Source of the DNA: Rhizophagus irregularis
Taxonomy: Eukaryota
Length of the DNA: 64,000 nt
Direction of reading: 5' to 3'
Assembly (NCBI RefSeq): GCF_026210795.1
Contig: NC_089432.1
Location: forward strand, 3,534,001-3,598,000
Both the position numbers and the translations under genes were made by a program. Under the pieces are notes generated by a model, which was not told the origin of the DNA, did no database searches, and worked only from the letters and a program-made list of their open reading frames with translations. Below, piece after piece: positions 1 through 12,719 of the stretch. The first letter of the stretch is position 1, and every line of letters begins with the position of its first letter.

Positions 1-1812
1 AAATGAAAGAATTTTAACGGAAAGTTAATTAAATATTGTTTATAGTGATGATTGGTTTCAACAGAATTATAATTAACAACGTTGTTGAAATAGTTTTAAC
101 TTGTTGATCTGAGTAATGTATTTTTATTAATAAAAATCATAAAATAATGTAGCTGTAAAAAAAATTCGATGGCAAATCTGAACATAAACCCAATACCTTT
201 TTTTAGGTGTCTCTGGACTCTCTGTCTTCTCTTTCCTTTAGGTCTTCTTTTATTTTTCGATTAAACAATCTTGAACATCGTTGAATAATTCTCCGATAAG
301 CAATGCATCTCTGTCTTCTCTTCTTTTATCTTTTCTTTGGGTCTTCTTTTTATTAGGTCTTCTCTTTGGCTCCCTTTTTTACATTTTCTTTTAGGTTGGG
401 AGTGTGGGTTGTGGATAGGTGGGTGATGTCCTCGTTCTTCTCTTGTTTTCCCTCTTTCCCTTTCCCTTTTCCTTTCCCTTATTCCCTTGCTCTTTCCCCT
501 TCCTTTCCCCCTTGATCAATGTTGCTGCTGGTGTCTGGCGACCAGGTGACAACAAATTTTTTAAAGACTTGGCTAAATATTAACGTTTTGTTCAATATAT
601 TTATATTAAACTATAAATTAAAAATAAAATTTTTATTTATTTTCTCATCTATAATTATTATTTTGATTATTCAATTTTTAATTTTCACAAATGTATTAAT
701 AACATCCAAAGATTATTAGATTATTAATCATTGAGATTTCTTTAATTAAATTCAAATGGGACAAATGCGCATTGTATACAAAAGTTAATTTAACTTTAAT
801 TAATTAATTAATTAAACTTTATTACAGCTTTTAACAATTGTAACAACTAGCTAAAATTAATATAATAAATTTTAAAACGAATTTTTAAGAATTGCTTATT
901 AATTGTTGACGTAATAGATAAAGAAATATTTTCATATAATGGTGCTTTTTATTTCATTGTCATTGGAATTTATTTTAACAAGTACATTTGTCCAATTAAA
1001 ATTTTGTCAGAAATGACTATAACTTTTTAGGCAATAGAAATGTGGAATTCGGATTACCAAATTTATTCTTAAAAGCTTTATATAAAAGCAGTTTTTGTAA
1101 AACGTGTTGCAAAACTATTGCATGCTTCTATTATTCCCATTTAAAAGTGAAACATTATTTAGCGAAGTTAGGAATTTTAAAGAAACTGCAAATCTTGTAG
1201 AATTTGTAAACAGAGACGCACACTGTACGTCTATGTATTGAAATGAGAAATTCAATCACTTAATTTATTACAATCATATTTGTAATATTTTTTCATATTA
1301 GGATTTAGGAAGCTAAAACAATATGTGATATCTTTCTATTATGAGTATTATCATCACGTATGTTCCAGTCAGGGGGCCTTCCTGATTTCAAATTGTTAAG
1401 TAAAATTTTTTGAATATTCACTAAACAAAATTGGGTTAAACATAATTTTTATTTTTAATGATTCCTATTATCCAATAATATCTTCACGTTTTATTATATA
1501 TTCAGATCGTATGATATAATGATTTGCTCGATCTTCTTATGATCACTTCCAAAATAGGTTAGTTACATGAAAATCTGTGAAAAAAAATGAGTAAAGTTCA
1601 GGTTTACCTTGTCCACGTGGATACCAGCTTTGAACGAAATTTCAACGTTCGATCATCCGCAACACTATATATTCATGATAGTCATGTGAAGTACACAAAT
1701 TTAATTGCTTACGATATCATCACATAAGCAAGGGAAAAACGTAACACCCGAAAAAAAAAAACTTTTCATAAATCTATAAAATTCCTTCGAAGTTTTTTTT
1801 TTCGTTTTATTA

Positions 1813-2725
1813 ATGATGATGGAATTGAATTCATTAACAGTATTATCTATCGTTTCATTTTTCTTTGTGATTTATCTATCAATAATAAAATATGCATTTA
1901 TGAAATATAGTGTGAAAGGTTGTTCAAAAGGATATCCTACTAATATTTTTAATTATGATGTAAAAGAGAAAAAAGCGTAAGTTAATCATAATTAATACTT
2001 TATCAATTAATTTTATAAATATATAAATAAAATAATAATTTATTAATAAAGTTCTCCAACCACTTTGCAACAAGTCGTTACATGTCGTAAGTATAAACAT
2101 CTCTTTCATCAGATAAAAAGGTTTTGAAGATTTTCGAATTAAATATTTCTAAACCTTATTTTTTTTATTTTAACAGAGCCAACATTAACAACTTATTCGA
2201 CAAATTCTCCTTACTGTACCGAACATAGATTGCTAAGTCTTGTAAGTCATTATTTGTATTACCTTTAATAAATAAAAATTTATAATAAAATCATTTATAT
2301 ACCCAAAAATGGATTTACAGAGAAAGCATTTTGAGAATGTTAGAAGACACAGAATATCACGCAGAAAAGCACGAGAAGATTACGTGCGTGCTTTGGAAGT
2401 TAAAGCTCAAAATTTTGAAAAGTTGTATGCCGATACTCAAAGAGATATTAAAATTCTGAGAGAAAAATTAACTTTACTCGAAGGAAGACTCATTAAGGCT
2501 CAAAAAATCCATAATATCAACAACGCTTCATATTTAAATCAAGTTGAAGGGCGAAATAATGACGACTCTTTAAGTAACGTAATTATAAGTAATGGTACGT
2601 TTTCATATATCTTCACTATCATATATTTAGTAATCTCTTTAAATAATGCTTTTATTTCATCCCTATTAATAGGACTTTCAGCGAGTAATAATCATGGAGA
2701 AGAAAATAATGATGCTACCGTTTAA
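1813..2725 (+). CDS. Small multi-exon bZIP-like transcription factor; proposed exons 1813-1839, 1911-1918, 2052-2086, 2177-2241, 2321-2594, 2673-2725
   Basis: Basic region N-x7-R (ENVRRHRISRRKARED) followed by a heptad coiled coil (YVRALE..FEK..LRE..LLE). The listed GT-AG exons join into one continuous reading frame. Confidence 0.65.
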
Positions 2726-3959
2726 AAGAAAGAATTATTTTTCTAACTTTCTGAAAGTGTTCATTCATATTTATCGTAGTTCTGCTAATCAGGAAATTAC
2801 ATGTATATATATACAGTATATTAGTATTTCTTTCTACACCTTTTTTTATAGAGAGCGTTGGGATTTTGATCATACCCGATTTAGTGAGACAACAATAAAT
2901 AAATTGCTTTATCTTTTTTTTTGAATATAATCATGGTACTTTGAGCAATTTGCGCATGGACCGCTGAGAACACTTTTAATTGATTGAGCACGTGAATTTT
3001 TTCATTAAGGCAGGTAGTCCGCGGAAAAGTTAATCGCTTAAATTGAATGAAAGAAAAATTCTTGTAACCTTTTAAAATCTTTCCTCATATCGTTTTTTTT
3101 TTCAAAAAAAAAAATCAAAAATCGCCTTAAAAAAGACAAAACAATTTTGTTTGTATATTAAAAATCTTCCAAATGAATAATTACATCGAAATATTTAATT
3201 ATTTATTTCGATCGTAATTGTTGACTGATTGTAATAACCGTAACAGCGATTAACAATTAATTATTTTGGAACTTCGGGAAAAAAGGAAGGTTTAAAATAT
3301 GGAGTATTTTATTTATAGTGTGGATGTTTTTTTTAATTAATCTATCTATTACTATTATACTACTACCACCATATGTTTCCGTAGTCATTACTCGTTTAGA
3401 CGACTACTATTATTTTTTTTTATAATTTTTTCTTTACGTAATCATTTCCTATATTAATAATATTTAATAGTAACCTCTTTGATCACCAATCACTTAACAT
3501 CTAATTGGGAGGGAAACTATACTAAAAAAAGGGGTGGGTTTGATTTATAAATGTACGTCGTAAACTGTGTTTTCGTCTAGCCTGTTTATCTTTGAAAGTC
3601 TGCCGATTGTTGTTTTTTCAAATATTCTTCACGTTGGTGCTTATGTCGGTATGAATCGTATCATAAATTACAGTTTCTCCAACCGGATACATTCTAGAAT
3701 CCAATGCTTGGGAATGATTGGTCAGATTGGAATTGGACATGGTGAGGTACATCATAAATGACATAGAATAATGAGTACGTCATTACTACTATACTACTAT
3801 ACTTGAATATACTTGAAGGAAAATTTTAGAAAGTTTAATTCTTATCAACATAGAAGCTTTATATATTTTAATGGCGGAAAATTGTAATATAAAAATTTTC
3901 TAATATTATTTGTCAACTGCATTAGAAAATGTTGAATTGAATGAATATATAGACATTTA

Positions 3960-4670
3960 TGATCTCGTTTAATAAACAATCATCACATTTGGTTATTGTA
4001 ACTCCAGTTCAATAAGTGAATTGTCTGCTCTATGTTACTGGCATCCACTTAAGCTGAGAAGCATATCCACCAAAGACCTTATTTGATTGTAAAATTAAAG
4101 TTGCTACTTGATAATTACATTTGTTTTAAACAATATATTACTAACTCCATCATTACTACCATGATAAATAAGACTAAATTTATAAAATGTATCATTTCTA
4201 GTGCGAATGTGTTGAATATCGTGGAAAAGTATTGATATTGTGAATGTATTTCGTTCTTATTTCTTGGAAGAGTCCCAGCAAGTAAAAAATTAATGTTATA
4301 GGTGAAATGTTTAAGTTGTGACTATTATTGTTGTTTTGTACACCGGCACCCAGTTTTCTTTATGCTCATTAAACAGTCCCTTGTCAAGACTATCTTAAAA
4401 ATAAATGCAATTGAGTTACAATTGATGCATATTCTCGGCCACAAAGACGATTCTAATGAGCAATTGTGTTCTCTGTACGAAGTTGCCAAGATATTCAGCA
4501 AAATATCAAAAAAAATCAGCATTTTCATTTTACGATACTGCGCCTTTCAACAGCATCAATTTCATCATTCAACTTGCGATTTTTGTGTTGTTCAGGTTGT
4601 GGAAGTTGTTCAACTTGACAACTTCATAGAGAAGGCTGAGGTTATGTTGTCTAACAAGTTATTTGAACAT
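3960..4670 (-). pseudogene. Degraded BTB/BACK-TLDc family gene
   Basis: Minus-strand fragments YKFSLIYHGSNDGVSNILFKT and CNYQVATLILQSNKVFGGYASQLKW match the TLDc core. Upstream LLNILATS and SLDKGLF resemble BTB/BACK segments. Several stops and frameshifts. Confidence 0.55.
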
Positions 4671-5642
4671 AGAATAAGTTATGAATTATTTTACAATTTT
4701 TTTTTTTTTAAAAAAAAAAGTAAGAAATGAGACGCTCTGATAAACTGTTTAATATTAATATTTCTTTTTTATCTCACGGTTCTTAATAATTATTCATGAT
4801 TTTTTTTTCTTGATATTCTCACGGATGATTATTTAAAAAGATGGATAAAAAGCTTATCAATATTGGATATCAATATTAGACTATTGTTATTAGTTTAAAA
4901 GACATATTTAAAGAGTTTTTTGGTCAGAACTAATATAAATAAGTTATTTCACGGAGTCATCATTTTCACGGCGCCCAATGCCAATGATATGGCGTAGACT
5001 AAGATATACAGGAGTCATTATTAATTATGATTTATCAATTATTTGCTCCCTTTATCATACTATAAATCTCCAATTATAACTAAAGTATAAATGTACAATT
5101 GTGAATTATGATCATTAATTTTTAACAATCCCTTATTTCCTATTAATAATTTTCAATTCTTCCCTTGAAATAGGAGAGTACTAACAATCAACAAATTTAT
5201 TATATATGGCACTTCCAGGGAGTAAATTGTTTATTAACCTTATAGGCTCAAAATACAATGTATACCTCAAATAATCTCAAATAAAACATTTTCACATCTG
5301 AATATTAAATAAAGATCTTTTTTTTTTTAACATAATAAAATTTTGTATGATTGAAAGTTCGCAAAATAATTGTTTTCTTTTGCGTTAAATAAAGTTCTAA
5401 AATACAGATTTGTAAAAATAACATATACATGTTAAAATTATAGTGTTGGAAAAACTGATCGTACATTTTTTTTTATAAAACAAATTATTTAAAACAATTT
5501 AAGTAAAACAAAATCACAATGCACAATTCTCCCTCAAATAATTAATATTTGAAAGTCTCTACACAATAAACTGTATCTTATTATATACTACAGATCTTTT
5601 CTAATTATATTCTTTTCGATTCGTCTATATTATAATATATAA

Positions 5643-5700
5643 CTAGCCAGTACTTTTTCCCCAGTACCCACGGTTTACATACTGTAGAACACGGAGGAGG
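5643..5700 (-). mobile_element. Putative Helitron 3' terminus (...GTACTGG-AAAAA-GTACTGG-CTAG|T)
   Basis: The same motif occurs at 9689 and, in the opposite orientation, ending at 24176. Each ends in CTAG followed by T, with no TSD. Confidence 0.45.
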
Positions 5701-6133
5701 TGACACATCATAAATATGTGAGTGGGTTTATTTATTGATAGGTGTATTATGTAGATCACAAGATAAATATGTAACATGATCAGTAAATTTAGCGACATAA
5801 AAAATCAATATACAGTATAAGAAATAAGTAATATTTTTTATTATGAATAAATAAATGATGAAATGATCAGTTTAAACAAAACAACAAAACAACAAAACAA
5901 CAGTTTATTTTTAAAATCGGCATAACATCTTATTTATATAGGTCTAAAGGTAAGGATAATAGATCAAAGAATAATAATCACGAAAAGAGGTGAGGCCTTG
6001 CCTAACCTCAACCCAGAAATCATGGGGTCACAATCCCCAAGATTTTTCTTCACGTAGAAATCTAACACGGATTTACCATCCACATTTCGGACCATTTTTG
6101 TCATAATGCCAAAACCATAATGTCCAAACCAAT

Positions 6134-6850
6134 TAGGGATGGTAAAGTCCTAGGTCCTGGACCTAAAGACCTGGTCCTAGGACCTGGTCTGCAGATCTTT
6201 AGGTCCAAATTTTGGACTAGAAGCGGACCAGGTTCTAAAAAGTCCTAGCCAATAAGGTTATAAGAGATCTATATGTTTAAATTATATATGTATAATTTAC
6301 TGTAAATTTGATTTTAAGTAATTATAAATTATAAAAAAGTGCACTGCAATATTGCAATACAATTTTTATATTATTAAAATCATATAAAAATGAGTTGCGA
6401 TATTGCGATTCACATTTTTATATTAAAATCAATATAAAAAAGTGAATCGCGATACCACAACTCACTTTTTTTTATATAAAATCAATATAAAAAAGTGAAT
6501 CGCGATACCGCAACTCACTTTTTTTATATAAAATCAATATAAAAAAGTGAATCGCGATACCGCAACTCACTTTTTTTATATAAAATCAATATAAAAAAGT
6601 GAATCCCGATACTGCAACTCACTTTTTTTATATAAAATCAATATAAAAAAGTGAATCCCGATATCGCAACTCACTTTTTTTATATTTAATTATTACTAAA
6701 ATTCATAAAATCTATAAATAACTTAGTCAGGACCAGGTCCTGGGACCAGGTCCAGGACTGGTCCTAACAGGACCTGGTCCGCAGGTCCATTCAATAGGAC
6801 TTATAGGTCCCAGGACCAGGACCGGATCAGGACCGACCTAACCATCCCTA
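6134..6850. mobile_element. Non-autonomous hAT element (MITE) with internal 52-bp minisatellite
   Basis: TIR TAGGGATGGT...ACCATCCCTA; perfect 8-bp TSD AAACCAAT (6126-6133 and 6851-6858); subterminal GGACC/GGTCC motif clusters. Confidence 0.9.
6425..6685. repeat. Tandem repeat, 52-bp unit, about 5 copies plus degenerate upstream copies
   Basis: ATCAATATAAAAAAGTGAATCGCGATACCGCAACTCACTTTTTTTTATATAAAA recurs at 6481, 6533, 6585 and 6637. Each unit holds an inverted repeat AAAAAAGTGA..TCACTTTTTT. Confidence 0.9.
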
Positions 6851-8379
6851 AAACCAATGGATGGCATTGTATTGAAATCTAGATTTCCTAGCGAAGTTGC
6901 GTTTACCTTAGTGTAGTCAAGAGATGAAATCAGTGAAGGAATATAAAAACTATTAGTTACTAAAACATATAGATACTTACGCTGTACCAGCTGGGACACG
7001 CAATGAATTTCCCTCTTAAGAACACCACATCCCCTTTCTCGAATTCTTCAATCTGAGTTGGTATGTTTTGGTCAGATGGAATAAAAATTTTTACTTTAAG
7101 ATATACTACCCCCGTCAGGTCAGTATTACTATCGCTGTAACTTCTCTTACAGTGTATTCTTGCGTTAGACGGACTCACATACGTAACAGATAGTTGAAAT
7201 CTTTGTGGCATGATAGTTTTTAGTTTTAATTTTAATGGAATGCAATAAAAAACGAATAATCTAATGTTATCAAGTAAAGAGAGTTTTTATACCTTTATTT
7301 TCAAGCTTCCAAATTCTAAATATTACGATTTGTTTATTTTGAGAAAAAAAAAGGAAGAGTGCGAAACAATACGAATTTTTCTCATGAAAAAAAAGTGGCT
7401 TCGCTATGATCACAAGAAGATGATAGTGAAAAAAGAAATCTCACATTTTTCATCACTTTTTTTACAAAATCTCTATATCTCATACTTCCTTATAGAGATA
7501 TATGAAATTACCAAATCATAATCTTAAAAAAAATACATGATAATCTTACATCTTTATAAACAAAAAAAAACAACCAAAAAAAAATTTTTTTTCTAATAAT
7601 TTACAGAAGAGAGACGTTTTATTTTTTTTTTTTAATAAAAAAGGAGTATGAAAAAAGGGGGAAATTTTAATTCTTTCTTAAAACGGTTCAGACCCATATA
7701 ACTTACAAGGAAAAAACCCGTTGATGGCAAGAAAGAAAAATTTTTTTATTTATAAGAAGCGCTTTCCTATGGAGAGAGGGTGGGCGACGTAATCTAAGAT
7801 CAATCCAAATAGGATCGAAAAAGAATAGGAATCTGCCGAATCCAAGACCTAAAGAATATAATTTGCCAAGCAGTTCCAACCAAAAAAGAATATACGTTGC
7901 AAGTGTTTTGAAGATCTTAACTCAAGAACTTATGGGAACACAAAATAAAAATAATAAAATCCTTTAATAAATTCATAAAAAAGGTATTTTGTAAAACATC
8001 TCACAGGAAAAAAATACCACTTGATTTATATACTACGATAAATAAGAAAAAATAAAAACTTGGATCAAGAAGGTTGTGACTTATTTATAATATATTTTTT
8101 ATTTATACACTTTTAATCTTTACATTTCACGATGACACGTTTATAAATAATCAGAAAATACATAATTTTGATAATTAAAAATTTAAAGTCAAAAGAATGA
8201 CAAAATAAAAGAAAAAAAAACAGAATCAAACTTTTTTTAAAAAAAGGTAGACTTCCGACGATAATTTTATCTATTCAAGAACGTTTTTGTTAGTATATAT
8301 ATATATTACGACGCATCTCAACAAAAAGAATACAAATTTGAAAATGGAGTCATACTCTTCAAAGTAATCATTGAACCTT

Positions 8380-9322
8380 TTGATCCTGAGGATCTTGTGA
8401 GGAACTGAACTCTCATTATTGATAGGACTTGTAGACATATTCAGAATCGGGTTTTCTTCTAGTGCCGATGGAAAATTTTGGTTTCGCGGTTGACTCATTT
8501 GGGCTAAGGTCATACGACCTCTTCTTGATGTTCTTGGTGTCGCACCTCTTGGAGTCCTGTTTGTCCTGGTCCTACTCCCTTCACCGGTTGATTAGCATTC
8601 ATCCATGGCAAATTTAACGATTGACCATTAGTATGGTAGACACCAAAGATATGTCCTCCAATTTAACTACATGCTTTTCAGCGGCTATTTCTTCTTGGGT
8701 CATATCATTAATTACCGGAGGTTCATAATTAATTATACTCACGATAATGGCCGTTATGGACCTTATATTTTGATTGATGGAATTGGTTTTATTCGAAAGA
8801 TATCTAATGTTTGGATCGTGATTAACTTCAATCCAAAACTCCTGGGGTTCTCAGTCTTCAAGATTCTCCTTGACATAAAACTCCAATACAGAGCTTCCAC
8901 TGACAGTTTTGGTAGTGATACCTACCAACATAATACTCAAACCCACTGGAGGCATTATATCAAAGTCCATCCCATCGATCACCTTAATTGAGGTCGCGTT
9001 GATCTTATTAATAAAGATAATGTTTAGTAATTCAGTAAAAGAACAATAATATTAATGATTATAAGAACTTACCGTAAACCATCCTGCGCAGGCTATAAAT
9101 TTCCCCCTTAAACATATCATGTCCCCCTTTTCAAAATCTTCAATCTGAGTCTCAATATTCTTGTCAGAAGGAATAAATGCTTTTATCTTCAAATAAATTA
9201 TTTTCGTCGCATCATTCACGTCCAACCTTGACACAGGCGTAATCTCTTTAACCGTATATTCTTACGTAAATTCTTTCGTTGGAATCATGTATGTAACAAA
9301 TGGTAGAAATCTTAGACAGCAT
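8380..9322 (-). pseudogene. OB-fold-like gene copy B (more complete; premature stops and frameshifts)
   Basis: RFLPFVTYMIPTKEFT*EYTVKE..IIYLKIKAFIPSD..EDFEKGDMICLRGKFIAC, intron, INATSIKVIDGMDFD..SVLEFYVKENLED*EPQEFWIEV..VVKLEDISL, then a low-complexity R/T/P tail. Confidence 0.6.
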
Positions 9323-9688
9323 TTTTTTTTCTGTAAAAGAAAATTTTTTAATAAACACTGAAAATAAAAACAAAATTAAATGGAAGAAGGAAGTTTTTTA
9401 TACTTATTTTACAAAGTTAACCATATTGTTTTTTTTCAAATTAAATTCAAATTAAAAAAATTCTTTCAATCCACATTCTCAAAAAAAATTTTCGTGAGGC
9501 TTCAATCGATATTATCAAAAAAAAAATTTCACGAGGCTTCAACAATTTTTTTTTCACTTCACCATAATTTATACTTCCTTACAATACAATTTTTTTTCGC
9601 AAGCATCATCAATTAACTATTATTCTTTGCTATAGCTCAATTTAAATTTAATAATTATATTGAATAATAAACAGAAATTTATATTTAA

Positions 9689-9740
9689 CTAGCCAGTATT
9701 TTTTTTTTTTGTTCCAGTACCCACCACAGAACACGGGAGC
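9689..9740 (-). mobile_element. Putative Helitron 3' terminus, second copy
   Basis: CTAGCCAGTA-polyT-GTTCCAGTACCCAC..AGAACACGG, homologous to 5643-5700. Confidence 0.4.
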
Positions 9741-10531
9741 AAATTGAGTGTATTAATTATTAATCACGGTATCAGTGATCAGGGATAAATTTGACTTTCG
9801 AAAAAATATTCTTTTGTTCCACATTATGGGAAGATAAAATTTTTTTATTATCATAATTCCATATTTACATGTATATCATTTTGAAATAAGAAATTATCTC
9901 ATCCCAAATTTATATACATTTACGTCATTTAAATGAACGAGCAGAACAAGATATTGTAGGATTTTCCCAGCGTAACCTGAAAAAAATATCCCGAAAAATC
10001 ACGTAACATTTTTCGTCACACCCTTCCTTATTTCTATTTTTCATGCAACATTTTCTTTTTTTGCTGATTTTCTTTCTTCTTCCGAACCTCCTTAGACCGC
10101 AGTTACTAAAATATCGACTACCCAATATTGACTACCCCGGCATAACCTGAAAAAATGTCCTGAAATGGCCGGCATTACGCAACTTGACTGAAATTAAGTG
10201 TGGCGCACATGTGACGGATAGTGCGTGAGATTTTGTTACTAAAAAAAATTTCAAGTCCCCAGATACTTAACAAGGTCATGCTTTTGCGAGTTACATGGCG
10301 GTTGTGACAAGAAAGCATGAGGGACTACGGTTCCTGCCCATGTATAGACTGCGGTTCCTCCAATATCCTTTCATGAACTTACAGAGTGTGGCTACCTCTA
10401 TTTGTGGTTTCGTTTATTGTTAATTAAAGAATCTATTGAAATTTTTAATGGCTACAAATCGATTCCTATACAGTATGGTTTAAGTATTGATGGATGCATT
10501 TATGAGTTTTGGACTATCATGATGGCTGAAA

Positions 10532-12073
10532 TAGAGCTCCGAAATCTGACCCGACAGATCGCGTGACCCGACGGGTTGACCCGAAATATTCAGGTCAGGT
10601 CATCAAATTCATGACCTGACACGGGTTGGGTTAGTGCTGGTCGGTACCCGACCCGACCTGTTGACCTGACATATATTTGGGTCAAATAAATTAAATAACG
10701 CCGAAACTTATAATGATTCCGGCATTTTTACATGTAAAATCAAAAAAAAATGCCAAAACTATCAGTTTCGGCGTTTTTACATGTGAAATCAAAAAGAAAA
10801 ATGCCAGAACTAATGATTCTGGCATTTTTACATGTAAAATTGAAAAAAATGCCGAAACTATCAGTTTCAGCGTTTTTACATGTAAAATCAAAAAGAAAAA
10901 CGCCAGAACTAATGATTTCAGCATTTTTACATGTAAAATTGAAAAAAAACTGCCAAAACTATCAGTTTCAGCATTTTTACATGTAAAATCAAAAAGGAAA
11001 AATGCCGGAACTAATTATTCTGGCACTTTTACATGTAAAATCGAAAAATAAATGCCAAAACTATCAGTTTCAGCATTTTTACATGTAAAATCAAAAGAAA
11101 ACCGCCGGAACTAATTATTCTGGCATTTTTACATGTAAAATCAAAAAGAAAAACACCGGAACTAATGATTCCAGCATTTTTACATGTAAAATTGAAAAAA
11201 AATGCTGAAACTATCAGTTTCGGCATTTTTACATGTAAAATCAAAAAGAAAACCACCGGAACCAATGATTTTGGCATTTTTACATGTAAAATTGAAAAAA
11301 AAATGCCAAAACTATCAGTTTCAGCGTTTTTACATGTAAAATCAAAAAGGAAAAACGCTGGAACTAATTATTCTGGCGCTTTTACATGTAAAATCAAAAA
11401 ATAAATGCCGAAACTATCAGTTTCGGCATTTTTACATGTAAAATCAAAAGAAAACTGCCGGAACTAATTATTCCAGCGTTTTTACATGTAAAATCAAAAA
11501 GAAAAACGCTGGAACTAATGATTCCGGCATTTTTACATGTAAAATCAAAAAGAAAACTACCAGAACTAATGATTCTGGCGTTTTTACATGTACAATTGAA
11601 AAAAAATGCCAAAACTATCAGTTTCAGCGTTTTTACATGTAAAATTAAAAAGAAAAACACCGGAACTAATGATTCTGGCATTTTTACATGTAAAATTGAA
11701 AAAAAAATGCCGAAACTATCAGTTTCAGCGTTTTTGCATGTAAAATCAAAAAGAAAACTGCTGGAACTAATGATTCTGGCGTTTTTACATGTAAAATTGA
11801 AAAAAAAATGCCAAAACTATCAGTTTTGGCGTTTTTACATGTAAAATCAAAAGGAATAAAAACAAAAAGTAAAAAACGTTACAAAACGTTTTTTTACAAT
11901 ATTTAATAATAAAACTTTGGGTAACCTGAGTTATCCGAAGTGACCCAAATACTTTCAGGTCAAATAGGTCGGGTCGGGTCAGAACGGTTTACCCGACCTG
12001 ACCTGACCTGAAAAAAAATTTCGGTTCGGGTTAACCATGTAACCCGACCTGACCCGACCTGTTCGGAGCTCTA
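10532..12073. mobile_element. Non-autonomous hAT element with ~1.15-kb internal palindromic minisatellite
   Basis: TIR TAGAGCTCCGAA...TTCGGAGCTCTA; perfect 8-bp TSD GGCTGAAA (10524-10531 and 12074-12081); subterminal GACCCGA/ACCTGA clusters at both ends. Confidence 0.92.
10698..11855. repeat. Tandem array of about 23 units of ~50 bp
   Basis: The core palindrome TTTTACATGTAAAA alternates with two hairpin variants, GCCGAAACTATCAGTTTCGGC and GCCGGAACTAATGATTCCGGC. Confidence 0.95.
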
Positions 12074-12719
12074 GGCTGAAAGACATGCAAACCACAAATG
12101 AATGGATATCTATCATGTAGGTTGCGGTCGAAACAAATGTTGTAAAGAAAAACAAGATTAATGAACTTTTTGATGACATGAGAAATCGAAATATATATAT
12201 TTTATGCGAACTGTTCAGACTATTATCAGAAATGGATGCGGAGGACCAGTTCGAGATAATAGCTCTGTTGAGATTGATCTCCCTAAAGATATCAAGAAAT
12301 ATCTTAATTGCGAAAATAATTAAAAATGCATTGTCGAAAGTAGAAATAAACACTTGATAAGGGTGCACGGCCATTGATGTTATGGATGAGAGAAGTCTGT
12401 CGATATTTTTTATTTTACTACTACTATGGTGGCTTGCAAACAGACAGTGATGAAAAAACTTAGTATACTAACTAAACGGTCTATCAAATTTTAGATCTAT
12501 TTTCGATGTTTTTTGGAAAATTGACATCAGGAATTACCTTGTAAACTTTTAATCTTGTTACTTTTTATTTTATGATAAATTGACACATATCTTTGATTTA
12601 GTGGAGAAGTCGTAAACGAAGCACATAAAGATAGAATTTATAACATAAATGCTGACCAAAAACCATCAAATTCAAGGAGAGGTGATAAGAATAATGCTGT
12701 TTTATATCAGGATGATAAC

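Larger units (their letters stand above)
5990..7211 (-). pseudogene. OB-fold-like (putative ssDNA-binding) gene copy A, disrupted by a hAT MITE, frameshifted and 3'-truncated
   Basis: VVYLKVKIFIPSDQ..IEEFEKGDVVFLRGKF, intron 6907-6980, then VNATS..DFNTMPSIG. The reading resumes after the MITE (GLDIMVL..DGKSVLDFYVKKNLGD). Paralogous to 8380-9322. Confidence 0.55.

Noticed and set aside
140..575. K/G/E-rich minus-strand exon-like stretch
   Set aside because: Low complexity with stops; no family can be assigned and it runs toward the window edge.
3341..3370. Possible Helitron 5' end (A|TCTATCTATTACTATTATACTACTACC)
   Set aside because: Too low in complexity to support without other copies, and it cannot be paired confidently with a 3' end.
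10698..11855. CRISPR-like array and the many overlapping ORFs within it
   Set aside because: The spacers are recurring variants rather than unique sequences, there are no cas genes, and the array lies inside a TIR/TSD-bounded element. The ORFs are translations of the repeat.
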